Source: an uncultured Gammaproteobacteria bacterium (GTDB lineage: Bacteria; Pseudomonadota; Gammaproteobacteria; CAWCPV01). From it: a DNA stretch of 64,000 bases. How positions within the stretch are numbered: the first letter of the stretch is position 1; every line of letters begins with the position of its first letter. Positions 23,739 through 35,373 of this stretch are shown in pieces. The stretch spans positions 64,001 to 128,000 of the forward strand of contig CAWCPV010000014.1 in the NCBI GenBank assembly GCA_963797555.1, read 5' to 3'. A program made the translations under genes and the position numbers. The notes beneath the pieces are model-generated. The model was not told the origin of the DNA. It searched no databases and worked only from the letters and a program-made list of their open reading frames with translations.

Positions 23739-26474
23739 ATGGCATTACACCCGGATTTTCCGCGCTCGCCCTACGCAATACTTCCCCCCGAGCTGCGCTG
23801 GTTCCCGGCGGCGGAAGAGCTGCGCAGCACCGCCTATGAAAAGCTCCTGCCACCGCTGGTAGCCAGGGTACGCGAAGCGGTCAATGCCTGGCGCGCCACC
23901 GATTATGCCGGCGCCTCGGCCACGTCGCGCGCACTGCTCACCTGGTGGTTCGAGACCGATCACCTGATCGAGCAGGCCGACGGCACGCAGAGCCAGTTCC
24001 GCTACTACTTCGCCCAGCGCGAGGCGGTCGAAACCGTGATCTGGCTCTATGACGTGCGCGGTGCACGGGACAAGTTCGACCTGCTGCGCTTCGATGCCTC
24101 CGGTGCGGTATCCGCCAACATGTTCGACGAGAGCTGGCCGCGCTTCGTGGTCAAGATGGCCACCGGCGCGGGCAAGACCAAGGTGCTCTCGCTGCTGATG
24201 GCCTGGAGCTACTTCCACAAGCTCTACGAAGCGGATTCGACGCTGGCGCGCAACTTCCTGCTGATCGCGCCCAACATCATCGTGCTCGACCGCCTGCGCG
24301 CCGATTTCGACGGGCTACGCATCTTCTTCAATGACCCGGTGCTGCCCGACAACGGCCACGGCAGGGCGCAACTGGCGCGATGACTTCCAGCTCGCGCTGC
24401 ACATCCAGGATGACGTGCGCGTGGTGCGGCCGACGGGCAATCTGTTCCTGACCAACATCCACCGCGTCTATCTGGGCGAGGTCGCCGGAGCCTTCGCTGG
24501 ACGATGACGACCTGCGCGACTACTTCCTCGCCCCCTTCGGGGCCAAGCCGGTCGGCAAGACCACGGACAGCCAGACCGACCTGGGCGAGATCGTGCGCGA
24601 GATCGACGAGCTCGCCGTGTTCAACGACGAGGCGCACCACATCCACGACCCGCGCCTGGCCTGGTTCCAGAGCATCCAGGACATCCATCACCGGCTGCTG
24701 CAGAAAGACCTGCGCCTCGCCATTCAGGTGGACGTGACGGCCACGCCGCGCCACAACAACGGCGCGATCTTCGTGCAGACGGTGAGCGACTATCCACTGG
24801 TCGAGGCGATCGCCCAGAACGTGGTCAAACAGCCGGTGCTGCCGGACGCGGCGAGCCGCGCCAAGCTGGCCGAGCACCAGAGCCCCCTCATCACCGAGAA
24901 ATACGCCGACTACCTTGATCTCGGCATCGAGGAATGGCGCAAGAGCTACGCCGAGCACGAGAAGCTGGGCAAGAAGGCGGTGCTGTTCGTGATGGTGGAC
25001 GACACCCGCAACTGCGACGAGGTGGGCGCCTACCTGGAGAAGATTTGCCCGGAGCTGCAGGACGCGGTGCTGGTGATCCACACCAAGGCGAACGGCGAGA
25101 TTTCGGAAGCCGCGGGGAAGAAGAACAAGGAAGAGCTGGAGCGGCTGCGCGCGCAGTCGAACGAGATCGACACCTGGGACTCGCCCTACAAGGCGATTGT
25201 CTCGGTGCTGATGCTCAAGGAGGGCTGGGACGTGCGCAACGTCACTACCATCGTCGGCCTGCGCGCCTATGCCGCCCCAAGCAACATCCTGCCGGAGCAA
25301 ACCCTGGGGCGGGGGCTGCGCCGCATGTATTTCGGCAGCGACCAGCGCGAGACCGTCTCCGTGATGGGCACACCCGCCTTCATGGAATTCGTCGAATCCA
25401 TCCAAAACGAAGGCGTCACCTTCGACCGCGTCCCCATGGGCGGCGCCGGCGGACGGGAACGGCAGGACTCGCTGGTCGTCGAGGTCGAGACCGAATCGCC
25501 GGATAAGAACATCGACGCCCTCGACATCTCCGTGCCGCGCCTGACCCGGCGCTACAACCGCGAATTCAAGGACCTGACCGAGCTGGAGCCCGAGCACTTC
25601 GGCAACCCGAAGCTGCCCGTCAAGCCCTTCACGCCGGAGGAAACCCGCGAGATCGTCTTCAAGACCATGCTGGAGGGCGAGGTCGATCACACGATGCAAC
25701 TCGATGGCACCGGCCCGGGCGACTACCGCTCGGTCGTTGCGTTCTTTGCCCGGCAACTCCTCAAGGACTTGCGCCTCGTCGGCGGCTACGACCAGCTCTA
25801 TCCCAAGGTCAAGGTGTTCATCCGCGACCACCTCTTCACCCACCCGGTCGATCTCGAAGACCCGATCATCCTGCGCAACCTGTCCGAGCCGGAAGTCGGC
25901 AAGGTGCTGTTCGATCACTTCCGCGCCGCGATCAACGCGCTGACGATTTACGAAGGCGGCAGCGCGCGCATCGACGGGCACATCCGGCTGCGCGATACCC
26001 GGCCGTTCCGCACCGAGCCGCGCGGCTTCCTGCCGGCGAAGAAATCCGTGTTCAACCGCATCGTCGGCGAGGCCAACGCCGACGCGCTGGAACTGGCCTT
26101 TGCCGCGTTCCTGGAAGCCGCGCCCGACGTGCAGGCCTTCGGCAAGAACTACATGGCCGTTGGCTTCAAGATCGAGTACGTCAAGGCCAACGGCGAGCTT
26201 TCGACCTATACGCCGGACTTCATCGTGCGCACCACGGACGGCAAGGTCTGGATCGTCGAAACCAAAGGCCGCGAGGAAATCGACCTGCCGCAGAAGATGG
26301 CGCGCCTGCGCCAATGGTGCGAAGACGCCACCGAAGCGACCAGGGACGACGGCGGGCCGCGCGTATCACTTCGTCTACGTCGATCAGGAGGGCTTCGAGC
26401 AGCACAAGCCGTCGTCGTTCGCGGGCCTGGCGAGCGCGTTCCGCGAATACCAGGACGAGGACCACAAGGACTGA
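23739..26474 (+). CDS. res: Type III restriction enzyme Res subunit, frameshifts near 24360, 24485 and 26355
   Basis: YFAQREAVE, MATGAGKT, NDEAHH, LKEGWD, QTLGRGLR, YTPDFIV..IVETKG. Confidence 0.92.
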
Positions 26475-26476
26475 CG

Positions 26477-28867
26477 ATGGCGAAGCAGGACAAGAAAGCC
26501 TACGACCTGAGCGACGGCCGAGCAGCGCGACCTGGTGACGCTGATCCAGCAGGGCAAGGCCGCTGCCGGAGAAATACCGCTTCATCCTGTTCGAGGACAA
26601 GCGCGAGGTCGAGCTGGTGTGGAACGGCAAGACGCGCGACGTGTGCACCACGGTGCTGCCCTTCCAGACGCTGGAGCACGTGGACGAGCCGCGCACGGAA
26701 ACCAAAACTCAGCACGAGCTGTTCGACAGCCGCGGCCGGCAGCTCAAGCGGCTGGACCAACAAGCTGATCTGGGGCGACAACAAGCTGATCCTGTCCTCG
26801 CTGAAGAGCGGGCGCGCTGCGCCGGCAGATCGAGGACGCCGGCGGCCTCAAGCTGATCTACATCGACCCGCCCTTCGACGTGGGCGCGGATTTCAGCATG
26901 GACATCGAGATCGGCGGCGAGACCTTCCACAAGGAAGCGAACCTGCTGGAGCAGATCGCCTACCGCGACACCTGGGGGCGCGGGGCGGACAGCTTCATCG
27001 CATGATTCTACGAGCGGCTGATCCTGATGCGGGATCTGCTGGCGGACGATGGCAGCATTTATGTCACATTGCGATTGGCGGGTGAATCACCTGATTCGCG
27101 CTGGCGATGAGACGAGGTTTTCGGCACAGCAGATCACTTCTGCAATGAAATAATCTGGAAGCGCAGCCAGTCGCACATAGCAGCGCACAGCGATGCGGAA
27201 TCAGTCCACGACATCAATTCTGCTTTACACCAAAGGCCGACCGTAGACTTGGAATGAAGTTACAGCAAGCGTACGACGCCAATATGTCGAGACGCGCTTT
27301 GACTGCAACGACGCGGACGGAAGAAGCATGGAATCAGACGCATGACATTGACAGGATCCAGGCATCCGTCGAGGCGAGATCTGGCAACGTCCATGGCGTG
27401 GCTTTAATCCGACTGAAAAGCGGACGACACTGGGCCTACTCGCCAGCAGAACTCGATAGGTTGGATGCAGAGGGCGTGATTCATTGGCCGGACAAACCGG
27501 GAGGTGACCGCGCTGAAGCGATATCGAAGATGAATGCAAGGGATGCCTGTTCAGGACATGTTGGACTGACATCTACGCAATCGCAACCAATGGCGCAGCA
27601 AGCGTCTCGACTACCGACACCCAAAAGCCAGAAGCCCTGCTCGAACGCATCATTAAGGCCAGCAGCAACGAAGGCGACCTGGTCGCCGACTTCTTCTGCG
27701 GCTCCGGCACGACGGCGGCCGTGGCGGAGAAGCTGGGGCGCAAATGGATCTGCACCGACCTCGGCAAGTTCGCGCATCCACACCACGCGCAAGCGCCTGA
27801 TCGGCGTGCAGCGCGAGCTGAAGGCAGCGGAGAAGGACTTCCGCGCCTTCGAGGTGCTGAACCTCGGCCGCTACGAGCGGCAAGCGTATCTGAACGTCGG
27901 CGGGCGGCTTGACGCGGCAAGCAGAAGGAACAGGCCCTCGCCCAGAAAGAGCAGCGAGTTCCGCGAGCTGATCCTGCGCGCCTACAAGGCCACCGGCTTT
28001 GGCGGCAGCGAGGGCGCGCCGGCGCAGGATGGCTTCTTCCACGGGGCGCGCAACGGGCGGCTGGTGGTCATCGGTCCGATCAATCTGCCCGTCGGGCGGC
28101 TGTTCGTCGAAGAGGTCATCACCGAATGCCGCAAGCGCGGCGCGTCGCGCGTGGACGTGCTGGCCTTCGAGTTCGAGATGGGGCTGTTCCCCGCCGTGCT
28201 GGAAGAGGCGCGCGGCAAGGGCATCGACCTTGCCCCGAAATACATCCCCGCCGAAGTCTTCGACAAGCGGGCGGTGGACAAAGGCCAGGTGGTCTTCCAC
28301 GACGTCAGCTTCGTCGAGGCCACGCCGCGCTATGACAAGAAGAACAAGCTGGCGGTCAGGATCGAGCTGACGGACTTCTCCGTCTATTACACCCAGGGCG
28401 CCGCCGAGGCCGCGATTGCCGCCATGAAGGAGGGCAAGAGCGAGGTCATCTGCGAACAGGGGCAGCTCTACAAGGTGAGCAAGAGCAAGGACGGCATCGT
28501 CAAGAAGGAACGCCTGACCAAGCACTGGACGGACTGGGTGGATTACTGGGCAGTGGACTTCGACTACATGAGCCGCAAGGAAATCATCAAGGTGCCGGTG
28601 GGCACCGGCCTCGGCGGGGTCGGTTCATTGCCTGGCTTTGAGCCGCCACAGGGCGAGCTGGCCATGCCGGACTTCGAGGAACGCTGGACCGGCGGCTACA
28701 TCTTCGAGAACGAATGGCAGAGCTTCCGCACCCGCCAAAGCCGCGACCTGGAACTGACCACGGCCCTGCACACCTACGACCGGCCCGGGCGCTACACCGT
28801 GGCCGTCAAGGTGATCGACATCTTCGGCAACGACACGATGACGCTGGTGCCGGTGAATGTGGGATGA
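26477..28867 (+). CDS. mod: Type III m6A methyltransferase Mod subunit, heavily frameshifted
   Basis: [15 protein letters not shown] (motif IV), [11 protein letters not shown] (motif I), C-terminal [12 protein letters not shown]. Confidence 0.88.
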
Positions 28868-28949
28868 ACCGGCCCTTCGTCATTGTCACAATGGCTACAC
28901 TGAGGCTTAGCGGGGCAAGTAACGCAGGCAAGGAAACAAAGGCGTACCC

Positions 28950-29947
28950 CTAAATTCCGATCCTCTCGACCTCATCCATGGAGACCTTGTCGCTGCGCCG
29001 GTCGTAGAGCCGCGTGGTCTTGGGGTCCGAGTGCGCGGCCATCTGCTGGGCGTGCTCCAGCTTGGCCTCGGGGTTTTCGAGATAAGCTGTGATGCCGGTG
29101 CCCCGGAAGGTGTGGTTGCAGATGCCGGGCGTCTCGATCCCGGCCTGTTGCGCCCGGCGCTTGACCATCGCCCAGGCGCGCTGACGGTCGAGACGGCGCG
29201 CGCCGAGCGCTTTGGTCTTGCGGTCCACGGTGCGGAAGAGGGGGCCGTCCTTGTCCTCCCCGATCCCGGCCGCCTCGATGTACTCGCGCAGCCAGTCCTT
29301 GAGGTTATGCTGGCAGGGCATCTCATGGTGCTTGCCGCCTTTCTCGTGCAGGCGCACCCAGAGCGTCTCCTGCTTCCGGTATACGTCCTTCACGTTCATG
29401 CTCACCGCCGCCGAGACCCGCGCGAAGGTGTAGATCATGAGCCCAATGAGCGCGCGGTTGCGCAGGCCCACAACCGTATCTGTCGGGATCGGCGCGGAGC
29501 AGCCGCCGGGCCTCGTTCGGCGTGAGGATCGGCGTCTTGCCCTTGGTGTAGGAGAATTTCGGCCCCCGGACGAAGGATGCCGGGTTGGTGTGCAGGACAT
29601 GGCCGGTCACCAGCCAGTCGAACAGGTGGCGCAGCGCCGCGAGCTGCTGCTTGACGCTCTGAGCCTCGTAGGATCGGGTCTTGATCTCCACCCAGGCCGC
29701 GACATGCACCGGCTCGATGTCGAGGAGGTCCGCCGATCCCGGCAGCATCCTCGGCCCAGCCGAGGAAGTCCCGCACCGCGCGCAGATAGGCTTCGCGGGT
29801 GTTGCGGTTCCTGATCTGCGCGGCGAAGAACTCGATGAAGCGCTTCTCGGCGTGGCCCCCGGCGCGCACGATCAGCGACGGCATCCCCGTACGCCGCCTG
29901 CGGTTTCCAGAACCCCCGATTTTGCTGTGACCAGCTCGCCCGTCATG
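28950..29947 (-). CDS. Tyrosine recombinase/integrase, frameshifted
   Basis: EFFAAQIRNRNTREAY, LRNRALI..FARV, EKGGK, HTFRGTGIT, AHSDPKTTRLY give the R-K-H-R-H-Y set. Confidence 0.9.
29904..29947. repeat. Direct repeat with 30716-30759 (duplicated recombinase 5' end)
   Basis: TTTCCAGAACCCCCGATtTTGCtGtGACCAGCTCGCCCGTCATG at both positions. Confidence 0.85.
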
Positions 29948-30077
29948 CAAATTCTCCACATCGTGGAAGGATTGCAAGGATACGAGAGAGGGAGTAGCGC
30001 GGTGGAGGCATCACGGAAGAATTCTCTTGCTCTATGGTAGGAACTTTTACTACTATGGAGTAAGGAGGGTATTTGTC

Positions 30078-30353
30078 ATGGCCAATGTCGAAAAGGTTAG
30101 TGTTGCGCTGACGCCGGAAATGCTGGCTGTCGTGCGTGAAGCCGTTGAGAGCGGCGAATATGCGTCCAGCAGCGAGGTCATGCGCGAAGCGCTGCGGGAG
30201 TGGACGCGGCGGCGCGCTCTGGAGAGAACCGAGGTTGAGGCGTTGCAGCGTCTTTGGCAAGAAGGTCTGGAGAGCGGGCCGGGGCGTTTCCCCGATATGG
30301 CGGCGATCAAGGCCGAGGCCCGTCGCCGTCTTGTCGAGGCCAAAGAGAAGTAA
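30078..30353 (+). CDS. parD: ParD-like (CopG/RHH) antitoxin
   Basis: VSVALTPE..VESGEYASSSEVMREALR. Confidence 0.9.
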   Translation: MANVEKVSVALTPEMLAVVREAVESGEYASSSEVMREALREWTRRRALERTEVEALQRLWQEGLESGPGRFPDMAAIKAEARRRLVEAKEK

Positions 30354-30374
30354 CAGCCAGGTCCGTGAGGGAGC

Positions 30375-30671
30375 ATGCCAACAATCAAGCGGACGGCGCG
30401 GGCCGAGGAAGACCTGATCGACATCTGGCTCTACATCGCGCATGACGATGTTCGGGCCGCCGACCGCCTGCTTGATGAAATCGAAGAGAAGTTCTTTCTT
30501 CTCGCGGATCAGTCCTCCCTTGGCCCGGCCCGGCCGGATATTGCGCCGGGGCTTCGTTACCTGCCGGTCAGGCGGTATCTCATCCTGTACCGTGAAGTCA
30601 CGGGCGGCATCGAGATTGTCCGCGTGGTGCACGGTGCCCGTGATGTCCCGGCTCTGATGCGGGACACGTAA
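30375..30671 (+). CDS. parE: ParE/RelE-family toxin
   Basis: AEEDLIDIWLYIA..YLILYR..IEIVRVVHGARD. Confidence 0.92.
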   Translation: MPTIKRTARAEEDLIDIWLYIAHDDVRAADRLLDEIEEKFFLLADQSSLGPARPDIAPGLRYLPVRRYLILYREVTGGIEIVRVVHGARDVPALMRDT

Positions 30672-30897
30672 GTCGTCAAGCTTGCGCCGCCGCGTTCCGG
30701 CTGCGCCGTCCGTGCTTTCCAGAACCCCCGATGTTGCCGCGACCAGCTCGCCCGTCATGATGCCCCCTCCCTCGGTTCAATAGTACATAACCTCCTTTAT
30801 GTCCCATTCTTAGCACAGTCTCCACACGGGCTCAAGACGTTCCATCGGGGCATGGTCGTGGTCAGATTTGAAACGAATTTTTTGTTCTGCGTCAGGT

Positions 30898-31007
30898 CCG
30901 GTATCGACCCACAACCGCCATTGGCGTCCGGCAAGACATGGGCAGCAACGTGGCGGACAGCGGACATAGGGATGCAGTGCACCCAGCGGAATGCAAAAAT
31001 GCGTTCC
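30898..31007 (+). repeat. Dispersed ~110-bp repeat, copy C
   Basis: CCGGTATCGACCCACAACCGCCATTGGCGTCCGGCAAGACATGGGCAGC..AGCGGACATAGGGATGCAGTGCACCCAGCGG. Confidence 0.85.
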
Positions 31008-31019
31008 GGGCCGGACACC

Positions 31020-31386
31020 CAACCGGGATAGCCCCGGCGCGTGGGCCGGCCCGAGTGGGAGGAGTCCGCCGACCAGAGCCCCGCCTATAACCCGGCAGAA
31101 GGCCGGCCGGCGCCCGCCTTCGAATTCGACCAGACCGTGAGTGGGTCAAGACCCGCCACGGAGCCTATCCGCAAGGGCGACGGCAGCGTTCGCGCCGCTC
31201 GGCGGGAAACCCCCCACTGCAACTCGCAGGCGCCCCGTTGGGAGGGTTCGGCTGGCCTCGTCCACAGAAATCCGCCCTGCGGACCCGTTCCCACCGCACC
31301 GAGCCTCCGAACCTTGACTGGTGTTGACTGGTCCCCGTCCCAGGATTACTCTTTCCCTACGCTAGATGCGGTTGAAGTTCCTACCT
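31020..31386 (+). mobile_element. IS91/ISCR 3' remnant with oriIS-like end
   Basis: ..PAPAFEFDQTV transposase tail; GCGGTTGAAGTTCCTACC at 31368-31385 resembles the ISCR oriIS. Confidence 0.65.
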
Positions 31387-31474
31387 GTCACGGTAGCGGT
31401 CCGCGAGTCCGCCGCTCACTAAGCCAGGTGTTCATTCGTCGTCAACCCACACCCATGTACCAGGAGGAATCACC

Positions 31475-31753
31475 GTGGAAACCAAAGACTACCTCAAAAG
31501 CACCCTTGGCCTGTGGCAGGAATACGCGAAGGCTTACACCGACTTCGTGGTAGAAGCCATGGAGCAAAACGTGAAGGCCGCGCTGGCCCTGCGCCAGCGG
31601 CTGGACCAGATGGCCGCCGAGATTTCCAAACAGGCGCAGGCCTTGAGCGCGCAGGAGCAGGAGATCGTGCTGCAAGCCGCCGACTCCATTCAAACGCAGA
31701 CCAGAGCGGTCTCCGAGCGCCTGAGCCGGGTCTCCACCCCGCCGGCAAAGTAA
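31475..31753 (+). CDS. Small all-helical phasin-like protein
   Basis: SD GGAGG; amphipathic Ala/Gln/Glu-rich helix. Confidence 0.6.
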   Translation: METKDYLKSTLGLWQEYAKAYTDFVVEAMEQNVKAALALRQRLDQMAAEISKQAQALSAQEQEIVLQAADSIQTQTRAVSERLSRVSTPPAK

Positions 31754-31784
31754 AAGGTGCTCGTCAGCCGCGGTCGCATGCGAA

Positions 31785-32115
31785 GTGTGGCAGAAGGTCT
31801 TCCTCAAGCTCGAACTGTCGCAGAGCCGGTTCGGCGGCGTGTTGGCCAACGCCGCACTGTTTCACGTCCCCAGCCAGAAGTTGCCGCGCGTATTGCTGGA
31901 ACTGCACGCCACGCGGAAGCGAGCGGCGTGCTGTTCAGCTCGAACCCGCACGGCCATAACGAGGAAGGCTGGAACCGCGGGCGCTACGGCGCCTACCACG
32001 ATCTCGAGGGTTGGCGCCGCTACCTGTCAGCCGCGGGTTTCGTCGAACTTACCCACTATTACCGCCTGCCGCGCGAACGGCAACCGTGGCTGGCGAGCGT
32101 CTGGCGCAGGCTCGC
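31785..32115 (+). pseudogene. Class I SAM-dependent methyltransferase C-terminal fragment
   Basis: FGGVLANAALFHVPSQ.LPRVL / GVLFSSNP.G.NEEGW..RYGAYHD..QPWLASVWR. Confidence 0.75.
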
Positions 32116-32118
32116 ATC

Positions 32119-32874
32119 ATGGTCGAGTCGCTGCTGCTGGCCGTGACCCGCGTCACGACGATGTTCGGGCAGCAACACCTGTCCAACGCGACCGGCTTCT
32201 TCTTCGAGCGGGATGGCCGGTTGTTCCTGGTGACCAGCCGACACGTGGTGCTGGACGAGGCGAGCGATCATCGTCCGGACCGGCTGGAGATCGAGCTGCA
32301 CGTGGCGCCGGAGAACGTGGCGATGACAAGGCAGTTCTCCATTCCGCTCTATTGGGACCGGAAGTCGATCTGGCGGGAGGCGCGCGACGCGGCCGGCACC
32401 ATCGACGTCGTCGCCCTGGAGATCGAGCGCCCTGCCCTGCCGGAGACACTTCTTTATCATGCATTTGCGCCCGCTCACCTGGTCAAGCAGCTTGACCAGA
32501 TCGAAGTGGGAACGTCGGTGCTGATCGCCGGTTTTCCGCTGGGCTTTCACGACACGCTGCATCGGCTGCCGGTCGCACGGCAGGCGGTCATCGCCTCGGC
32601 GTTCGGGCTGCGGTTTCAGGGCCACGGATACTTCCTGACGGACGCGCGGATGCACCGCGGCACGAGCGGCGCACCGGTCGTCGCGCGAGAGCCGACTCAA
32701 CGCGCCGGCCGGGCGGAGTTGCCGTGGGTGCTGCTCGGGGTCCACGCTGCCCGGATGGACGTAGCCAACCGTGACGCCCAGCAGGACGAACGGCTGAACC
32801 TGAACTGCGCCTGGTACGCCGACGTGCTCCTGGCCCTCACGCAGGACGCCACGTTCGAGCGCGCCAGAGGATAG
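32119..32874 (+). CDS. Trypsin-like serine protease
   Basis: ATGFF, LVTSRHV, IDVVAL, GTSGAPV. Confidence 0.88.
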   Translation: MVESLLLAVTRVTTMFGQQHLSNATGFFFERDGRLFLVTSRHVVLDEASDHRPDRLEIELHVAPENVAMTRQFSIPLYWDRKSIWREARDAAGTIDVVALEIERPALPETLLYHAFAPAHLVKQLDQIEVGTSVLIAGFPLGFHDTLHRLPVARQAVIASAFGLRFQGHGYFLTDARMHRGTSGAPVVAREPTQRAGRAELPWVLLGVHAARMDVANRDAQQDERLNLNCAWYADVLLALTQDATFERARG

Positions 32875-33156
32875 CGGTGCCAGCCCAGCGCAAGCAGCGC
32901 ATGGCGCGAGTGCTCACCGACGACGGTTTTTTCCAGGGAGGCCCCGGCGCCGTTTGCGCGAAGCGGCGGGGACGGCGCTGCAATCTCTCGCTGACCTCCT
33001 CGGCGAGGACTCCGGCCACACGGTCCCGGCGCCTTCGTGAAATCCGGGCTGGTCGTGGAGGGTTTGGCGCCCCTCCGCCGCGGGTGGGCTTTCCATACAT
33101 CTTTTTATCACGCAAAGAGCCCCTACTCTAGCGGAATGGACGAAGCCAAGCCCCTT

Positions 33157-33411
33157 TCACGCGCCCCCCAGGCCGCGGTAAGCGCGGTCCATCGCTTCGC
33201 ACAGTAAGGCGCGCCGCCACTTCTCATCGCCGACCGCCTCTAGCTCGGCGAAGGTGGCGTCGAGCAGCGGCCCGGCCAGCTCCCCCGGTGGCGTCTCGTC
33301 ACCGTAGAGGTAGCGCAGATAACGCCCGATCCTGAGCGCGCCTTCCGCCCGGGTGCGCGGTGGTGGCGGCTTCTTCCCCGCCCTGGTTGCCCGTCGTGCC
33401 ATGCCTGCCAT
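33157..33411 (-). CDS. Hypothetical small protein
   Basis: Open frame with GC-typical codon use; no family recognised. Confidence 0.45.
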   Translation of the reverse strand: MAGMARRATRAGKKPPPPRTRAEGALRIGRYLRYLYGDETPPGELAGPLLDATFAELEAVGDEKWRRALLCEAMDRAYRGLGGA

Positions 33412-33474
33412 TACGCCAAGCCCTTATGCTTGTCTCCTGCCTTAACGAAATCAACATGTTATGTGTTAACAGGA

Positions 33475-33506
33475 AGCCGAGCAAAAGGGTTCCCTTTTGC
33501 TCGGCT
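33475..33506. repeat. Perfect 15-bp inverted repeat next to an IHF consensus site (33449-33461)
   Basis: AGCCGAGCAAAAGGG-TT-CCCTTTTGCTCGGCT; AATCAACATGTTA matches WATCAAnnnnTTR. Confidence 0.75.
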
Positions 33507-33592
33507 GTTTGCCATAGTGTTTTCATTGATCAGTGCGCGTTACTGTTATATACGACCCCCCTCGGCGTTCCGTGGTCCTGACCGCCCCCCGA

Positions 33593-34176
33593 TCATTGCC
33601 GCTCCGGCACAATGTTCATGGCGTCGTCGAAAGTGCCGTCCAACACGTTTTCGCGCCGATAATGTCGGGAGGCGAACATCTTGCGTGCACCGCTCAGCTC
33701 GTCGTAGCCGAAGACAAACACCCTTATCCAAGCATCCGACCCAAGGCTCAGAAGGTCAATCAGCTCGCACGCTCCCTCCGCGAGACGTTCACGAACGCCA
33801 TCTCCGTAGGCAGAGAGAGCGAAGCGCGGTGTCTTCTCTGCCTCGAGGAAGATCATTCGGCCCTTTTGCGGTGAAAGCAGCGGGAAGCGAGACCCGTCCA
33901 GGTGCAGATACGCGATCTCCCAGATTTCCGGACGGTTATGGTGAAGGCCCTTGACGTTGAGTTGGGCAATCACTTCAACGTCTATCACTCCACGCCGACC
34001 GGTGTTCATGACTTTCACTCTGTAGAGACGCCCGCACGGACTGTCGGGGTACGCAATGCGACTCACGGCCTCACTGAAAGCGATGTTGGGCACGAGAAGC
34101 CGGTAAACCACCCACCAGGCCGCGAGCGCCCCAGCACCCCGATGGGGATGCCCAGGATTATCCCTACAAAGTCCAT
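33593..34176 (-). CDS. Hypothetical protein with N-terminal TM helix and beta-rich domain, frameshift near 34130
   Basis: MDFVGIILGIPIGVL / GALAAWWVVYRLLVPNIAFS..YRVKVMNTGRR. Confidence 0.55.
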
Positions 34177-34391
34177 CGGCAGGCCCCCAACCAATGTGCG
34201 CACGAACGCCACACCTCTTTGTTGCTGGCGACCAGCATGCGAAAGCCGCTACGCTTCCCCTACCCCGGCTGCCCAAGCCGCTTTTTCAGCAGCCCGCCGC
34301 CGAGCCGCCGCGATGGCAAGCCACGCCAGCACGCGCACGACGCAGCTTTAACGACGACCTTGGTCACTAAAGTTCTTCAAGATGTCTATGG

Positions 34392-35082
34392 CTAATACCG
34401 AAGCGTCCGAAGCCACTCAATATGAGAGGCCAAGCCATCCAACCCAGGGAACATTGATGCTCGGGTTACTCCATACCTGTATAGAATAAATTTGAACTGA
34501 CGCCTAAAAGAGCTGGCAATGATGTATTTGTCAATCTTGTCCGATTCAAAAGGCTCCCTTCGGTTTAGGATAAATAGTAAATAGTCCAGCTTGGGATGTA
34601 ATTCGCTCCGTAATATGTGAGGGCGTGAAGCGTCAACGGTGTCGATCGCAAATGGGTCAGGATTCACCTCAAGATCGATAGGGGGGCCAATATCGTATGC
34701 GTATACCACACTGTCTCGCGCATGCTCTTCGGCAACTGCGAAGTATGCAGCGACTAAGGGATTTAGAGTCCAGTCTAGGAGTCGGGTTGGTAGGCCATGG
34801 TGTTGCGCCAGTGCGTAGCCAGATGCAAGTGGTCGAGCACGCTACTCGGAGATACGGTAGTGCATGGGCTCGAAAGCGATCAAAGATAACTCGCTCCTCG
34901 TGCGCAAACATCTTGCTCTTGTTGAGAAATTCAATGCGCCCAATCTTTGGAATAAGAAGGTAAGACGCGTCGCGTACTCCACGATAAGCGATAATACGTT
35001 TTCCATACGAAAGGATAGCTTCGTGAAACATGTTAAACGAGTCTATCAAGATCGTGCTGGCCACATATCCCTCGGACTTCAC
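34392..35082 (-). CDS. FRG-domain protein, frameshifted, low GC
   Basis: YRGV..LIPKIGR; [24 protein letters not shown]; [13 protein letters not shown]. Confidence 0.88.
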
Positions 35083-35373
35083 CGAAACCTAACGCTGGAG
35101 TGAAAAGAGCGACCTTTGATCTGCCAACCGTCTTACAAGCGGTCGGCCATGTCCTCGCACGCAGCCTGGGGCTGGTCCCAACAGTCTAGCCCAATGCCCC
35201 GAATGCGGGTAGGTCGTGCGAAAGTGGCGCGCTGCCCGTGCCGGACGGCCAAGCGTGACGCTCGCAAAAATTCACCGGCGTATGGCCGGGTATGCTCACG
35301 AAAACTGGACGCGCCGGGTTTCCGGGGACACACTGCCTTTAAGCTCGTCGACCAATTCCCCTCCCGGCACCGG

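Noticed and set aside
34283-34297. GGCTGCTGAAAAAGC (minus strand) as an IS terminal repeat
   Set aside because: Single end; no partner repeat or transposase seen
35085-35096. GCGTTAGGT just before the FRG start as an integron attC core site
   Set aside because: No matching inverse core or attC hairpin found and no IntI; only a 7-bp match
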